64,000 nt of DNA from an uncultured Collinsella sp. (GTDB lineage Bacteria; Actinomycetota; Coriobacteriia; Coriobacteriales; Coriobacteriaceae). Position numbers and translations under genes: made by a program. How positions within the stretch are numbered: the first letter of the stretch is position 1; the number at the start of each line of letters is the position of its first letter. Of the stretch, positions 47,373 to 57,800 are shown piece after piece. A model generated the notes under the pieces. That model was not told the origin of the DNA. It saw nothing but the letters and a program-made list of their open reading frames with translations, and searched no databases. Where the stretch lies: assembly GCA_902462065.1 (NCBI GenBank), contig CABQAK010000004.1:16396-80395 (forward strand), given 5' to 3'.

Positions 47373-48323
47373 GCCGCGGAAGCGAGCTATGGGTGCGAGT
47401 GGCTGCTCGCGAAAGACCCGCTCGACGGCGGCGCGGTATTCGTCGACCTTTTTGGTCTTACGCACGAGCTTGTGAACGGTAGCGGGGTCGGCGAAGGCGC
47501 ACTTGGCGTAGAACCACCACTCCTTCATGCGAAAGACCGCGTTGCCGCCAATCTCTTCTGCATAGGCCGCAAACAGCGTGTCGTGGAAACGCTGCAGTTC
47601 GGCTGCCGTGGCAGCGGGACCGCCCTTGACCATGCGAGCGAGCGCGGGGTTCGCAAGCAAGCCACGCCCCAGCATCACATGGCGCGTCCCGGGATAGGCC
47701 TCCGCCAGCGCGTCCATATCCTCAAGATCGAAAATGTCGCCGTTATAGGCCACCGGAAACGGCGCACGCTCCAGCGTCTCGCCGTAAAACTCCTTGCGCG
47801 GCGAGCCCGTATAACGGTCCTTCTGTACGCGCGGGTGCACAATCAGCTCTGCCAACGGCATGCGGCAATACAGATCGAGCACACGTTCATACTCGTCATC
47901 GCGTTCCAACCCCAGCCTGGTCTTTACCGATACCGGCAACGGCGACCGCTCGCACACATCGCTTAAGAACGCCTCGAGCTCGTCGAGATTGCGCAAGAAA
48001 CCCGAGCCCTTGCCCTTGGCGACAACCGTTCCCGAAGGGCAACCCAAGTTGAGATTGACCTCGCGGTAGCCCATGTCGGCGAGCACCTGTGCCGCCCACA
48101 CAAACTCGTCCGCGTTCTTGGACATCAGCTGAGGCACTACGTTGAGCCCCTGGTTATTGGCAGGATCGATCTCCTTAAACGCCTTGCCGCCAAAGCGGTT
48201 TCCCACCCGCGGCGGCGGCAAAAACGGCGTGTAATAGCAATCGAGCGCACCGAAGCACTCCGCATGCACGCGACGGAACACATGCCCGGTAATCCCCTCC
48301 ATAGGGGCCAGCGAAAGGATCAT
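47370..48323 (-). CDS. tRNA-dihydrouridine synthase
   Basis: 317 aa, Dus family (LAPMEGITG, EVNLNLGCPSG, HPR). Confidence 0.85.
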   Translation of the reverse strand: MILSLAPMEGITGHVFRRVHAECFGALDCYYTPFLPPPRVGNRFGGKAFKEIDPANNQGLNVVPQLMSKNADEFVWAAQVLADMGYREVNLNLGCPSGTVVAKGKGSGFLRNLDELEAFLSDVCERSPLPVSVKTRLGLERDDEYERVLDLYCRMPLAELIVHPRVQKDRYTGSPRKEFYGETLERAPFPVAYNGDIFDLEDMDALAEAYPGTRHVMLGRGLLANPALARMVKGGPAATAAELQRFHDTLFAAYAEEIGGNAVFRMKEWWFYAKCAFADPATVHKLVRKTKKVDEYRAAVERVFREQPLAPIARFRG

Positions 48324-48340
48324 CTACTCTTCTCTCATAT

Positions 48341-48374
48341 CAACACAACAAAGGGGCCGTCCCTTTGTCACATG
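48341..48374. repeat. Family P palindrome with a degenerate left arm
   Basis: caacacaacaaagggg ccgt ccctttgtcacatg. Confidence 0.55.
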
Positions 48375-48456
48375 CATTATGCCTTGCGCTTCAGGCGATT
48401 CACAAGGAAGAGGTAGCTACTGAACGATGACCACCCTCCAGCCGCACCCCATACAA

Positions 48457-48639
48457 CGAGGTCTAATACTTTTCCCGAGAAGTGAACGAGTGAAAACGGG
48501 CCCCCGAAGCATCGGCACTTTCGAGATGCAATTTCCTGCGGTTTTGCCAGCCAAATCCTGCGGGTTTGACGTCTAAAAATGTCGATGCTTCGGAGGTCCA
48601 AGTATGGCCGTTCACTTCTCGGAAAAGTATTAGACCTCG
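48457..48639. mobile_element. MITE-like 183-bp hairpin element (family M, copy 2)
   Basis: cgaggtctaatacttttcccgagaagtgaacg pairs with cgttcacttctcggaaaagtattagacctcg. An inner inverted repeat ccgaagcatcg.. is present. The central tcctgcggtttt motif is repeated, as in copy 1. Confidence 0.6.
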
Positions 48640-48654
48640 ATTTACATGCCACTC

Positions 48655-48687
48655 AATGTGACAAAATGGCTGCTCCTTTGTCACATT
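48655..48687. repeat. Family P palindrome
   Basis: aatgtgacaaa atggctgctcc tttgtcacatt. Confidence 0.7.
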
Positions 48688-48771
48688 CGATGAAAAAGGG
48701 CACCGATGTTAGTCGATGCCCCAAAGCGGCTGCAGGTTAAGCCCTACAGCGTATGTCTAAGACGAATCGAA

Positions 48772-50037
48772 CTATTCGTCCCAGGAGAGGTTCTTACCAG
48801 TCTTTTTTGCCAGCAGCAAGAACAGGCCGATAATAACGTTGCACGCGATGCAGAAGATGAAGACGCCCTGGAAGGAGCCGACAAGCTCATAGACCTTCAT
48901 CATAACGGGCATGCCAAAGGCGCCGACGATATAGCCCACGGAGCAGATCAGCGCGAAGATGCGACCGAAATCGCGGGAGCCAAAGACATCCATAACCAAA
49001 ACGGTCAGGGCAGTGCCAGCGATGACGTACATTACGTCGTTCACGCCTGCTGCGAGGATGCTGAGCGTCGAGTTGCCGCTGCTCATCATGAGCATGACAA
49101 AGGAGAGGATGGAGACAGCGAGCCAGCCCAGAATAGCCTTCGTGCTGCCAAACTTATCGCAAGTGGTGCCGACGATCGGATTGAGGAACAGATCGAAGAG
49201 CGATGCAGCGGATACCATGAAGCCGCCCACCATGGGGCTAAAACCAACCTCGGAAGCATACGTCGGGAAGAGCTGGTTCATGCAGCAAGTGAGCTGAACG
49301 AGACAGAGGAAGCCGATGCAGAAGAAGAAGGCAGGCGACTTAATGGCGCGCGCATAGCTAACGCCACGCGTGCTATCCTCGGTCGTCTCCTCGGTCTCGG
49401 TGACCGTCTCGCCCTCGACGTAGCCATAGGGCAGCATGCCCTTGTCCTGAGGCTTATAGCGAATAATCAGGACGGAAGCGGGGAGAATGAGCACGGCGGA
49501 GACGCCAGCGAGCACCAGATAGCCAGTCCTCCAGCCAGCGACCTCGATGACAGAGGTGATGACGGGGCTCATGATGAGCATGTAAATCGAGTTCACTGCC
49601 CAAGCGAGACCGATTGCCAGGCCACCAGATTTTTTGAACCACTGGTCAATAACGTCGGACATGGCGACGCCGGTGGTGAAGGCGAAGCAAACGCCAATCA
49701 GGGCGCCAGCGGCGATGAACATCCAGACTTCGGTGTAGAAGGCCATGCCTGCGCCGGCAGCAAGCAAAATAAGCTCGACAACGGGGAGCCAAACCTTGCC
49801 AACGACCTTGGGAATGAGTTTTCCGACAAACGGAAGAGCTGCCGCAAGACCAATGAGCGTTGCGGTGAAGTAATACGAGAAGATGGAATAGTCAAACCCG
49901 AACTCCTCGCACACGGGTGCGACGAAGGAGCCCGCGATGACGCTATAGGATCCGGTCGTGCCGGCAGACATAAGGCCGAGCGCGATTACGAGAACCCATG
50001 CGTAAACCTTGCTGCTCTTTAACTTTGCATTTTCCAT
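48772..50037 (-). CDS. MFS transporter (oxalate/formate-antiporter-like subfamily)
   Basis: 12 TM segments. The ATG at 50037 follows aggag. It is a paralog of 53470-54696. Confidence 0.8.
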   Translation of the reverse strand: MENAKLKSSKVYAWVLVIALGLMSAGTTGSYSVIAGSFVAPVCEEFGFDYSIFSYYFTATLIGLAAALPFVGKLIPKVVGKVWLPVVELILLAAGAGMAFYTEVWMFIAAGALIGVCFAFTTGVAMSDVIDQWFKKSGGLAIGLAWAVNSIYMLIMSPVITSVIEVAGWRTGYLVLAGVSAVLILPASVLIIRYKPQDKGMLPYGYVEGETVTETEETTEDSTRGVSYARAIKSPAFFFCIGFLCLVQLTCCMNQLFPTYASEVGFSPMVGGFMVSAASLFDLFLNPIVGTTCDKFGSTKAILGWLAVSILSFVMLMMSSGNSTLSILAAGVNDVMYVIAGTALTVLVMDVFGSRDFGRIFALICSVGYIVGAFGMPVMMKVYELVGSFQGVFIFCIACNVIIGLFLLLAKKTGKNLSWDE

Positions 50038-50048
50038 TGATACAGCTC

Positions 50049-51113
50049 CTAGAGACCCAGAAGGGCACACATAACGGCCTTGATGGTGTGCTGACGGTTC
50101 TCTGCCTCACGGAAGATGACCGAAGCGTTGGCCTCAAAGCACTCGTCGGCAATCTCAAAGCCCTCGGTGATGATTTCGCGATGGAGGTCGTTCTTGCACT
50201 GGTCGAGGAGCATTTTGCCGACACGGTGATCTGCGTTATGGACAGAGGGAAGCTCATGCATGCAGAAGATGTCGGGATTGTTGGTGCGCTTGCACAGCTC
50301 GCTGGTGACGCGATAAGGGTACAAAGACTCGGCATCGCCCAGCCAGGAGTTGTAGTCGTCGGGATCCAGAACCTCTTCGCCGCACTCGGGGTTGATGTAG
50401 CGCCACTCCTCGGTAACGATAACGTCAACGCCATCCAGGGCATCGAGGTCAGAGGTGATGGTAAAGGTCCTATTGGGAGCGTACTTGGCGTAGCAGGCCT
50501 CCACCTCTTCGATCATTTCCTTGCACATCTGATGACGGAGGTCGTCGGGGCCGATGGCGAGGAAGTCCATGTCGAGCATAGCGCACAGACGGCCATACCA
50601 CACCGGGGCGCCGGCGCAGTTGCCAACGAAAGCCATCTTCTTGCCGCGGCTCGTACGCAAACCGCCCCATTGCTCTTCCATCGTAAGAGCGTCAGCGAGC
50701 ATCTGAGTCGGGTGATCGCCGAGAGTAAGGGCATTGATGACCGGGATGTCAACCAGGTCGGCGACGTCATAGAGGAACTGCTCGTCCTTCTGTGCGCGGT
50801 AGACGATGAGATCGTACATGCCGTTAAAGACGCGCATGGCATCCTTGACGGTCTCGCAGTCACCCATGTGGGAGTTGGTCAGATAAGTAAAGCCCATGCC
50901 CAAATCATTGCAGGAGGTCTCGAATGCGCAACGAGTACGGGTCGAGCCCCACTCAAAGTTGGCGAGGACGTTTTTGCCGGGGAAGTAGCGCTGGTCGACA
51001 CCAGACTTCTTCTGAGCCTTAAGGTTCCAGGCAAGATCGATGAGATAGCGGAAATCCTCGGAGGAGAGATCATGGATGTTGATGTAGTCGCGACCGCGGA
51101 GGCTGTTGTTCAT
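50049..51113 (-). CDS. Divergent ornithine/putrescine-type carbamoyltransferase
   Basis: STRTR carbamoyl-phosphate motif and HPTQ, but MHELP in place of the canonical HCLP. ATG at 51113. Confidence 0.75.
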   Translation of the reverse strand: MNNSLRGRDYINIHDLSSEDFRYLIDLAWNLKAQKKSGVDQRYFPGKNVLANFEWGSTRTRCAFETSCNDLGMGFTYLTNSHMGDCETVKDAMRVFNGMYDLIVYRAQKDEQFLYDVADLVDIPVINALTLGDHPTQMLADALTMEEQWGGLRTSRGKKMAFVGNCAGAPVWYGRLCAMLDMDFLAIGPDDLRHQMCKEMIEEVEACYAKYAPNRTFTITSDLDALDGVDVIVTEEWRYINPECGEEVLDPDDYNSWLGDAESLYPYRVTSELCKRTNNPDIFCMHELPSVHNADHRVGKMLLDQCKNDLHREIITEGFEIADECFEANASVIFREAENRQHTIKAVMCALLGL

Positions 51114-51236
51114 GCCTATTTCCTTTCGAATTATTATCAAAATTATTGTTGAATGTGTCCCCGAGGAAAACACGGATATCCCTCGGGGAGCGGTACATGT
51201 GGCGCCTAAGCCAAAGAGCGCAGGCTCTAAGGCTCA

Positions 51237-52475
51237 CTAACGACTGGCCGCCACGTCCTTAGTCCAGCAGTGCACGCCGCCGCCGGACAGGTTAAGCGCG
51301 AGGGAATCAATCATGATGACCTTGCGATCGGGGAAGCAGCTCTCAAGAACTGCCTTGGCCTGCCCATCCTTCTCTTTCACGACCTCGCTCATGCCCTCGT
51401 GGTAATAACGCTGGCCAAGAACGACGCCGTTGCAAATCAGGAAGTTGCAGTAGCTCGCTGCGGCGTAGAAGTGGACGGGGCCCTCGGGCCAGGGGGTGCC
51501 ATCCATAAACTTGCCGCCCATTTCGTCGATGAAGCCCTTATAGAGCTCGTAATCTTCATCGCCAGGGGCGATAACGACTTCAATAGGCTCGGCGGTGGGC
51601 ATACGAACGATCTCGAAGGGCTTGCCCTCCCAGTCCGTTTCGTTGCTCAGGATCTCGTAGGCTGCCTCAATGCGGCGACGAGACTCTGCTCCAGCCTTGC
51701 TCGAGGCTGCCTCTTCATCGGACACCTCGGCAAGAAGAATCTTGTTCGGAGCGATAAAGCGACACATCTCATCAATGTGAGCTGCAAAGCTCATGCCAAA
51801 GACGGGAGTTCCGTCTTCCTTCTCGTCGAGGATGCCCAGTCGATAGTCGTCGTCCTCGAGCATAGGCTGCGGAAGCCAGATAACCTTGTTGAGGTTGTAG
51901 ATGCGCTTATACTCGGCCTCTACTTCCTCTTTCGTGAACTCGGGATTACGCTTGCGGCATTCCGTGTCCTCGATGGCGATCAGAGTGCCGTGACCGTCAA
52001 ACTCGCGGTCGCCGCCCTCCGAAACCATTTCGGAATTGACGATATCGAAGCAACCGAGCGCAACCGCCATGTGAACGGCTGCCTTACGTGCGGACTGGCA
52101 CTCCGGGGAGTTCTTGTCCCACACGCCGTAATAGGTCCAAGCGGGGTTGACCATATAAGAATGGCCCTTGTCGTCGACCATGATGCTGGGACCGTTGTCG
52201 CGGACATAGAAGTTGGAGTCTTCGAACTGCGTGATCTCGATGCGATCGAGATCAACCCCCTCCTCCTTCAGGCGCGAGCAAGCCTCCTCATAGGAGCCGG
52301 GGGTGCCGCAATTGAGGTTGACCGTAACGTCGCCATACTCGAGCAGAGCCTTGATCACGTCAACGCAGGGCTGGCGGTTATCGTAGCCCTCTGCACGGAT
52401 GTAATCGGGAAGCCATGTCACATAGACGTTGGAGCGCTTCTCGAACACGCCCGGCATACGATAGTTCTCGTACAT
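51237..52475 (-). CDS. Agmatine-deiminase-family (PAD_porph) guanidino-group hydrolase
   Basis: The C-terminal GGGVHCWT carries the catalytic Cys motif, and the N-terminal ..VYVTWLPD.. resembles the family W-P motif. The ATG at 52475 follows ggaagga. Confidence 0.75.
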   Translation of the reverse strand: MYENYRMPGVFEKRSNVYVTWLPDYIRAEGYDNRQPCVDVIKALLEYGDVTVNLNCGTPGSYEEACSRLKEEGVDLDRIEITQFEDSNFYVRDNGPSIMVDDKGHSYMVNPAWTYYGVWDKNSPECQSARKAAVHMAVALGCFDIVNSEMVSEGGDREFDGHGTLIAIEDTECRKRNPEFTKEEVEAEYKRIYNLNKVIWLPQPMLEDDDYRLGILDEKEDGTPVFGMSFAAHIDEMCRFIAPNKILLAEVSDEEAASSKAGAESRRRIEAAYEILSNETDWEGKPFEIVRMPTAEPIEVVIAPGDEDYELYKGFIDEMGGKFMDGTPWPEGPVHFYAAASYCNFLICNGVVLGQRYYHEGMSEVVKEKDGQAKAVLESCFPDRKVIMIDSLALNLSGGGVHCWTKDVAASR

Positions 52476-52557
52476 GGTTGGTCCTTCCGTCGGGTTTCCC
52501 GCGATGCTGTCCGGCCGCGACAATAGCGGGGTTTCACCTGCTATAGTACTACTATAC

Positions 52558-52571
52558 CTACCGTTCGGTAG
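52558..52571. promoter_or_regulatory. Candidate TetR operator (CTACCG-tt-CGGTAG)
   Basis: A 6-2-6 inverted repeat in the divergent deiminase/tetR promoter region. The related core TACCGTTCG recurs at 52607-52620 and, inverted, at 54801-54814. The variant ctaccgataggta lies at 54734-54746. Confidence 0.45.
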
Positions 52572-52699
52572 ATAATTTTGAATAATTGCCGCTCGCCTAC
52601 TGATACATACCGTTCGCCGTATATAGTGGTCATGTTTGGACACGAATTGATGTTCCGTTGCCATCCTTAATAATGTTGGTAGTGCGGAAGTGATTTGCA

Positions 52700-53278
52700 A
52701 TGGAGAAATGCAGCGTGAGCACAAGAAAAAAAATATTGGACGCAATGTACGATCTTGTGGCAGAAGTCGGTTATGACAAAGCGTCTATCGGAAAGATTTG
52801 CGACTTTGTCGGTATATCCAAGCCGTCGGTGTACTACTACTTTCCCTCAAAAGAGGAGATTTTCACTACGCTCTTGGACAGCATGTTTCCGACTATTGAC
52901 TATCAGCGCGACTACTCGCTAATAGTCGATAGGGACGGGTTCAAGGCCGCGCTTATCGAGCTCGGCAATTCAGTTATAGGTGGCTATCGAAGCGATGAAA
53001 AGCGCCGGCGCGTGCTGGCCGAGGTTAGCGTTCAAGCAAATCGAATTCCTGCAGTTCAGGAACGTCAAGCGACGGCGACCAAACGAACCATGGATGCGCT
53101 TAAAGACATCCTTCTTCATGGTGTAGAGATTGGCGCGTTTTCCGATAGCGCCGACGTAATGCTCTACGTACAAATTCTTTATACCGTTCTGGAGGGAGCA
53201 AGCAATACGGTCGCTCAAGGTGAGGATATTGATGAAAAAGCGGTTTGGGCGGGAATAGTCGAGCTTATGTTCAAATAA
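52700..53278 (+). CDS. TetR/AcrR-family transcriptional regulator
   Basis: TRKKILDAMYDLVAEVGYDKASIGKICDFVGISKPSVYYYF is the TetR HTH. The GTG at 52715 is an alternative start. Confidence 0.85.
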   Translation: MEKCSVSTRKKILDAMYDLVAEVGYDKASIGKICDFVGISKPSVYYYFPSKEEIFTTLLDSMFPTIDYQRDYSLIVDRDGFKAALIELGNSVIGGYRSDEKRRRVLAEVSVQANRIPAVQERQATATKRTMDALKDILLHGVEIGAFSDSADVMLYVQILYTVLEGASNTVAQGEDIDEKAVWAGIVELMFK

Positions 53279-53340
53279 ACCAGCCAAGCTGAAGCGCATG
53301 TTGGCACTCATGGTGCCTGCAGGCAACCTTTAAAACGAAA

Positions 53341-53380
53341 ACAGGGGTCGACTCCAGTCTGGCTTGGAGTCGACCCCTGT
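53341..53380. terminator. Bidirectional terminator hairpin
   Basis: acaggggtcgactcca pairs with tggagtcgacccctgt, a 16-bp stem. Confidence 0.65.
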
Positions 53381-53469
53381 TGCATGGCAATCTATGCCGA
53401 TGCAAATCGGCGCTTATTACTTTTCAGCAGCCTTATTGAGAAAGCCGGAAACGATAGCAAACGCAACAA

Positions 53470-54696
53470 TCATAAGGTTGCAGGCAATGCAGAAGATAAA
53501 TACTCCCTGGAATGACCCTGCCATCCGTAAACCTTCATCATGACCGGCATTCCAAAAGCACCGACGACATAGCCCGCTGAGCAAACGATCGAATAGATCC
53601 TTCCAAAATCGCGTGATCCAAAGAGCGAGAGGAGAAGCATCGGCATTGCGGTTCCAACGATGGCGAACATGACATCGTTTACACCAGCTGCAATGATGGA
53701 AACGGTCTCATTGCTTCCGCCAATGATAAGAAGCAGGAATGAAAGAATGCTGACACCTGTCCATGCGACCGTTGCTTTAATAGCGCCAAGCTTGTCGCAT
53801 GTTTTGCCCACGAAGGGATTTAGGAAGATATCGGAGAGTGAAGCTGCCGAGACCATTAAGCTTCCTACGATAGGATTGAAACCGACCTCGCTTGCATAGG
53901 TTGGAAACAGCTGGTTCATGCAGCAGGTGAGCTGCGCCACGCAAAGCAAGAGGACACAGAGAATAAAAGACGGCGTTTTCGCGGCATCGCGGAGTGCCAT
54001 GCCCGAAAGGACATCTTCCTGCTCATCGGCGCTGCAGCTCTCATGGGTTTCGGAGGCGGTCTCTCCGTACGGAAGCATATTGCGATCAGAGGGGTTAAGG
54101 CGAATGATAAATGCGCTTGCAGGCAAAATCATAGCTGCAGAAACGGCCGCAAGCACGATGTATCCCGTACGCCAGCCTTGCTGCTCGATGACCAGCGTAA
54201 TGACAGGACTCAATAACAGCGTGCAGAGAGAATTAACGCCCCAAGCGAGGCCGATGGCGAGACCGGACGATTTGCTGAACCATTGGTCAATGACATCGGA
54301 CATGCAGACGCCCGTTGTAAACGAAAAGCAGATGCCGATCACTGCGGCGGAGACGGTGAACATCCAGACCTCGGTGTAGAACGCCATTGCGGCGCCGGCG
54401 GCAATAAGGACGAGTTCAATGCAAATATGCCATGGTTTGCCGATTACTTTTGGAATGAAGCGACTCAAAAGCGGAAGCCCAAGCGCAAGGCCAAGAAGAA
54501 TCGCGGTGAAATAGAAAGAAAAAGAAGTGTAGTCAAAGCCCAGATCTTCACATACTGGAGCAACGAATGAGCCGGCAATAATGCTATATGTGCCAGTTGT
54601 TCCGGCAGACATTAAGCCGAGCGCAATAACGACGACCCAAGCAAATGCGCCGCTTTCACGGAGACAATCTTTTTTGGCTGGTGTGGTGAGAGTCAT
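53470..54696 (-). CDS. MFS transporter, a paralog of 48772-50037, with its C-terminus disrupted by a 1-nt frameshift
   Basis: Collinear with the paralog up to ..GMPVMMKVY. After the ccc run at 53516-53518, the homologous ending GSFQGVFIFCIACN... continues in another frame and reaches a stop at 53417-53419. Confidence 0.75.
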   Translation of the reverse strand: MTLTTPAKKDCLRESGAFAWVVVIALGLMSAGTTGTYSIIAGSFVAPVCEDLGFDYTSFSFYFTAILLGLALGLPLLSRFIPKVIGKPWHICIELVLIAAGAAMAFYTEVWMFTVSAAVIGICFSFTTGVCMSDVIDQWFSKSSGLAIGLAWGVNSLCTLLLSPVITLVIEQQGWRTGYIVLAAVSAAMILPASAFIIRLNPSDRNMLPYGETASETHESCSADEQEDVLSGMALRDAAKTPSFILCVLLLCVAQLTCCMNQLFPTYASEVGFNPIVGSLMVSAASLSDIFLNPFVGKTCDKLGAIKATVAWTGVSILSFLLLIIGGSNETVSIIAAGVNDVMFAIVGTAMPMLLLSLFGSRDFGRIYSIVCSAGYVVGAFGMPVMMKVYGWQGHSREYLSSALPATL

Positions 54697-54733
54697 GGTT
54701 GCTCCATTTCTATCGGCAATACATCCTATATGC

Positions 54734-54746
54734 CTACCGATAGGTA
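54734..54746. promoter_or_regulatory. Candidate TetR operator variant upstream of the second MFS gene
   Basis: ctaccgataggta, 38 nt upstream of the ATG at 54696. Confidence 0.35.
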
Positions 54747-54800
54747 TATAAACCAGAGGACTCTTCGTCAAGCATTAAGCGGGGAGAGGGAGTTCTTAAC

Positions 54801-54814
54801 CTGCCGAACGGTAA
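54801..54814. promoter_or_regulatory. Candidate TetR operator upstream of the second MFS gene
   Basis: The reverse complement ttaccgttcggcag matches 52558-52571 at 12 of 14 positions. Confidence 0.4.
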
Positions 54815-54840
54815 TTAGACCCCGTTTTCGCAAGGGTCTC

Positions 54841-54873
54841 AATGTGACAAAGGGGCCGTCCATTTGTCACATT
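54841..54873. repeat. Family P palindrome
   Basis: aatgtgacaaagg ggccgtc catttgtcacatt. It overlaps the stop codon of the fused ABC gene. Confidence 0.8.
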
Positions 54874-57800
54874 ATTCGGAGCGCAGGGCCTCCACGGGAT
54901 CCTTCCTGGACGCGCTACGGGCCGGCAGCAGGCCAGCGACAACCGTCAGCAGCACCGAAATTGCAATGAGCGCCAGCGCATCCTGCACGGGCAGGCTCAT
55001 CAGATTGCGTACCTGTTTGGCAGCAAGCGCCCAAGCATTGACCGGGAAGCTCACGGCCACCACGACGACAATAGCAAAGACGCCGGCAATGAGGCCCTCG
55101 ATAAAGGTCTCGGCATTGAATACGTTGGCCACGTTGCGCTTTGACGCGCCAATCGCGCGTAGGATGCCGATTTCCTTCTTGCGCTCCAGCACGCTGATGT
55201 AGGTGATGATGCCGATCATGATGGAGCTCACCACCAGGCTGATACTCACGAATGCGATGAGCACCAAGCTGATGGTGTTCACGATGTCGGTCACCGAACC
55301 CATGATGATGCCCATGTAGTCGGTGTACGAGATTGCCTGCTCATCGTGGTCGGCGGCTTTGACCTGCTTGTTGTACGCATCGATGTGATCGAGCACACGC
55401 TCCTTGGCCTCAAAGTCGCGCGGGAAAATCTTAACCGAGATGGGGTCTGCCTCATCCGCATAGCCCAACGTGGTCAGATTGTTGTCGTAGGTGAGCTTCG
55501 AAGCCTTGGCATAGCTCATCATGAGCGAACTCAGGTCCTCGGCGTCCATGTTGAAATGGATGGCACGAGCAAAGGCACTCGCATCCACACGCATAGCGCT
55601 CGCCAGGTTGGCAAAACTCGAAGACATCTGCGTCGCCATCTGGTCCATGAGCCCCGCCGCGCCCGCTTTGAGCTGAGCTGACACCGTCGCCGCAATCTGA
55701 TCGCTAATCGACTTCATCACCTGATCCATAGCCTGCTGCAGATACGGAGCCAGCTGCTTTTGCACATAGTCGGTCATCGCCTGTTGCAGGCGCTCAACCA
55801 GGACATCGCCGCCGAGCGCTTTGAGCTGAGTCAGGCATTGCTGCGCTGTGGCATCATTCTCAAGATACGTCGAGAATGCGGCAGCGAGCTTTGACGCGTC
55901 CCTAAGATCTTCGGGCGACAGTGCCCTAAACTGATCAGATTGCAGAAAGCCCTCAAACAGCTGGTTGGCAAGCGTTCCCACCTGCTGCATTTGCTCGGGC
56001 GTGAGCTCCAGACCGTCAAAGATGCCCGAGAAATCTGGGGCCGGTGCTTTTGCCATGATGTCGCTGAAGTCGATATCCTTGCCAACGTCCGAAAGGTCAA
56101 TGTCCAGCCCGGACAAGTCAAGACCCGACAGGTCCATACCGCCCGCCGCACCTGAGAGCGCAGACGTATCAAACGAGAACACACTCTTCAGCGCCGCCTC
56201 GTCCACGCTGAACATGCTGCCCAGATCCACGCCTTGCTTGGCCTCGCCTTGCAGTTCGTCGAAGGTTTTGCCCGTAAAGACATCCGTCTCGGGGTGAGCA
56301 AGCTGCTCCTGCACAATCTGCGAATCGGCGGCGCGCTCCATAAGCTGGCGAGTCAGCGCATGCGTATAGGCAATGCCCGGAGACAACGCGCTCGCATTGG
56401 CCGTCTCGTTAGGTCGCACCACGCCCACAATGTGCACGTCGATACCGTCGGCAACCTTGGCGGCCATAAAGTCGGCGTCGTCAGACATGTCGGTCCACAT
56501 GCCGGTCTCTTCGTTTTTGCGATAGGCATCGGCCGGTGACAACACCTTAAACGTCGTGGACAGCGCATCGTCGTAGGTAAAGTCGGTGCCGGTCTCGGGC
56601 GTCTCGACCTTGCCGTCGGCCGCCATGGCACTGTTAACCAGATCGTTGAGCTCATCGATATCCAGCGCGCCGATGCTGTAGAGCGTGTAGTCGCCCACCG
56701 TGCCACGACTCGAAAGCACCATCACGGCTTCGTTGGCAGACGTGGGCCAATGACCGGCGACGACATCGTACTGGCTGTCGAGCAGGCTCTGGTCTTCAAT
56801 CATCTCGTTAAAGACCGAGGTTCCCATGGATTCCATGCTCACCGTTGCCGCCGAGCTCGCGCCTCCGCTCATGGCCTCGGTCATGGCGTTGGGCACCAGC
56901 CGGACAGGCTTCTCATCGCCCTTGCCGGCACGATAGACAACCGGCGATACACCGTAGCCGTACTGAATGGCGTTGACATCTTTGTCGATGCCGTCGCCAC
57001 CGGCATCGAGCCATGCCTTAAAGCTCGTCATGTCGTTAGACTTAACGCTCGCAAACATATCCTTTACGGCCGTAACCACGGGAATTTTATCGGTTCCCTT
57101 AGCCTTGCTGCCGGCACTGTCGTCGGACGAATCCACATATTCAGGCGAGTCATCATCCGCAGCCCCCTGTCCGCCCATCATGGACGACAGGTCGTAATCC
57201 TGCTTGGAAATGGTGAGCGGGTAGCTCGAGAGCGTATCCTCCTCGACCTTTTTGATGTAGCCGTTTACGCCGTTGGACAGCGCCAGAATCGCCGCGATAC
57301 CGATAATGCCAATCGAGCCCGCAAAGGCAGTCATGGCCGTACGACCCTTCTTGGTCATGAGGTTTCGGGCAGAAAGCCCCAGCGCCGTCACAAAGCTCAT
57401 CGAGGTTTTGCGCGTAGGCTTGGCCTCACGACGCGCGGCCTTGGCAACATCAAAGGGATCGGAATCGTCGGTAATCCTGCCGTCCGCCAGGTTGACGATG
57501 CGCGTGGCATATTGGTACGCCAGCTCGGGATTATGCGTGACCATGATGACCAGGCGGTCGCGCGCCACGTCCTTAAGCAAGTCCATGACCTGTACGGATG
57601 TCGTTGAATCCAAGGCGCCGGTCGGCTCGTCGGCCAGCACGATCTCGGGATCATTGATCAGGGCGCGGGCGATGGCCACGCGTTGCATCTGTCCACCCGA
57701 AAGCTGGCTCGGGCGCTTGTTAACATGCTCCCCCAAGCCGACTTTCTCCAACGCCTCGCGTGCACGCTGGCAGCGCTCGGCATGCCCCACGCCCGTGAGC

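Noticed and set aside
48706-52526. Three long plus-strand ORFs (48706-50022, 49998-51152, 51270-52526) opposite the MFS, carbamoyltransferase and deiminase genes
   Set aside because: All three mirror motif-bearing minus-strand genes, and none has a plausible RBS or any motif.
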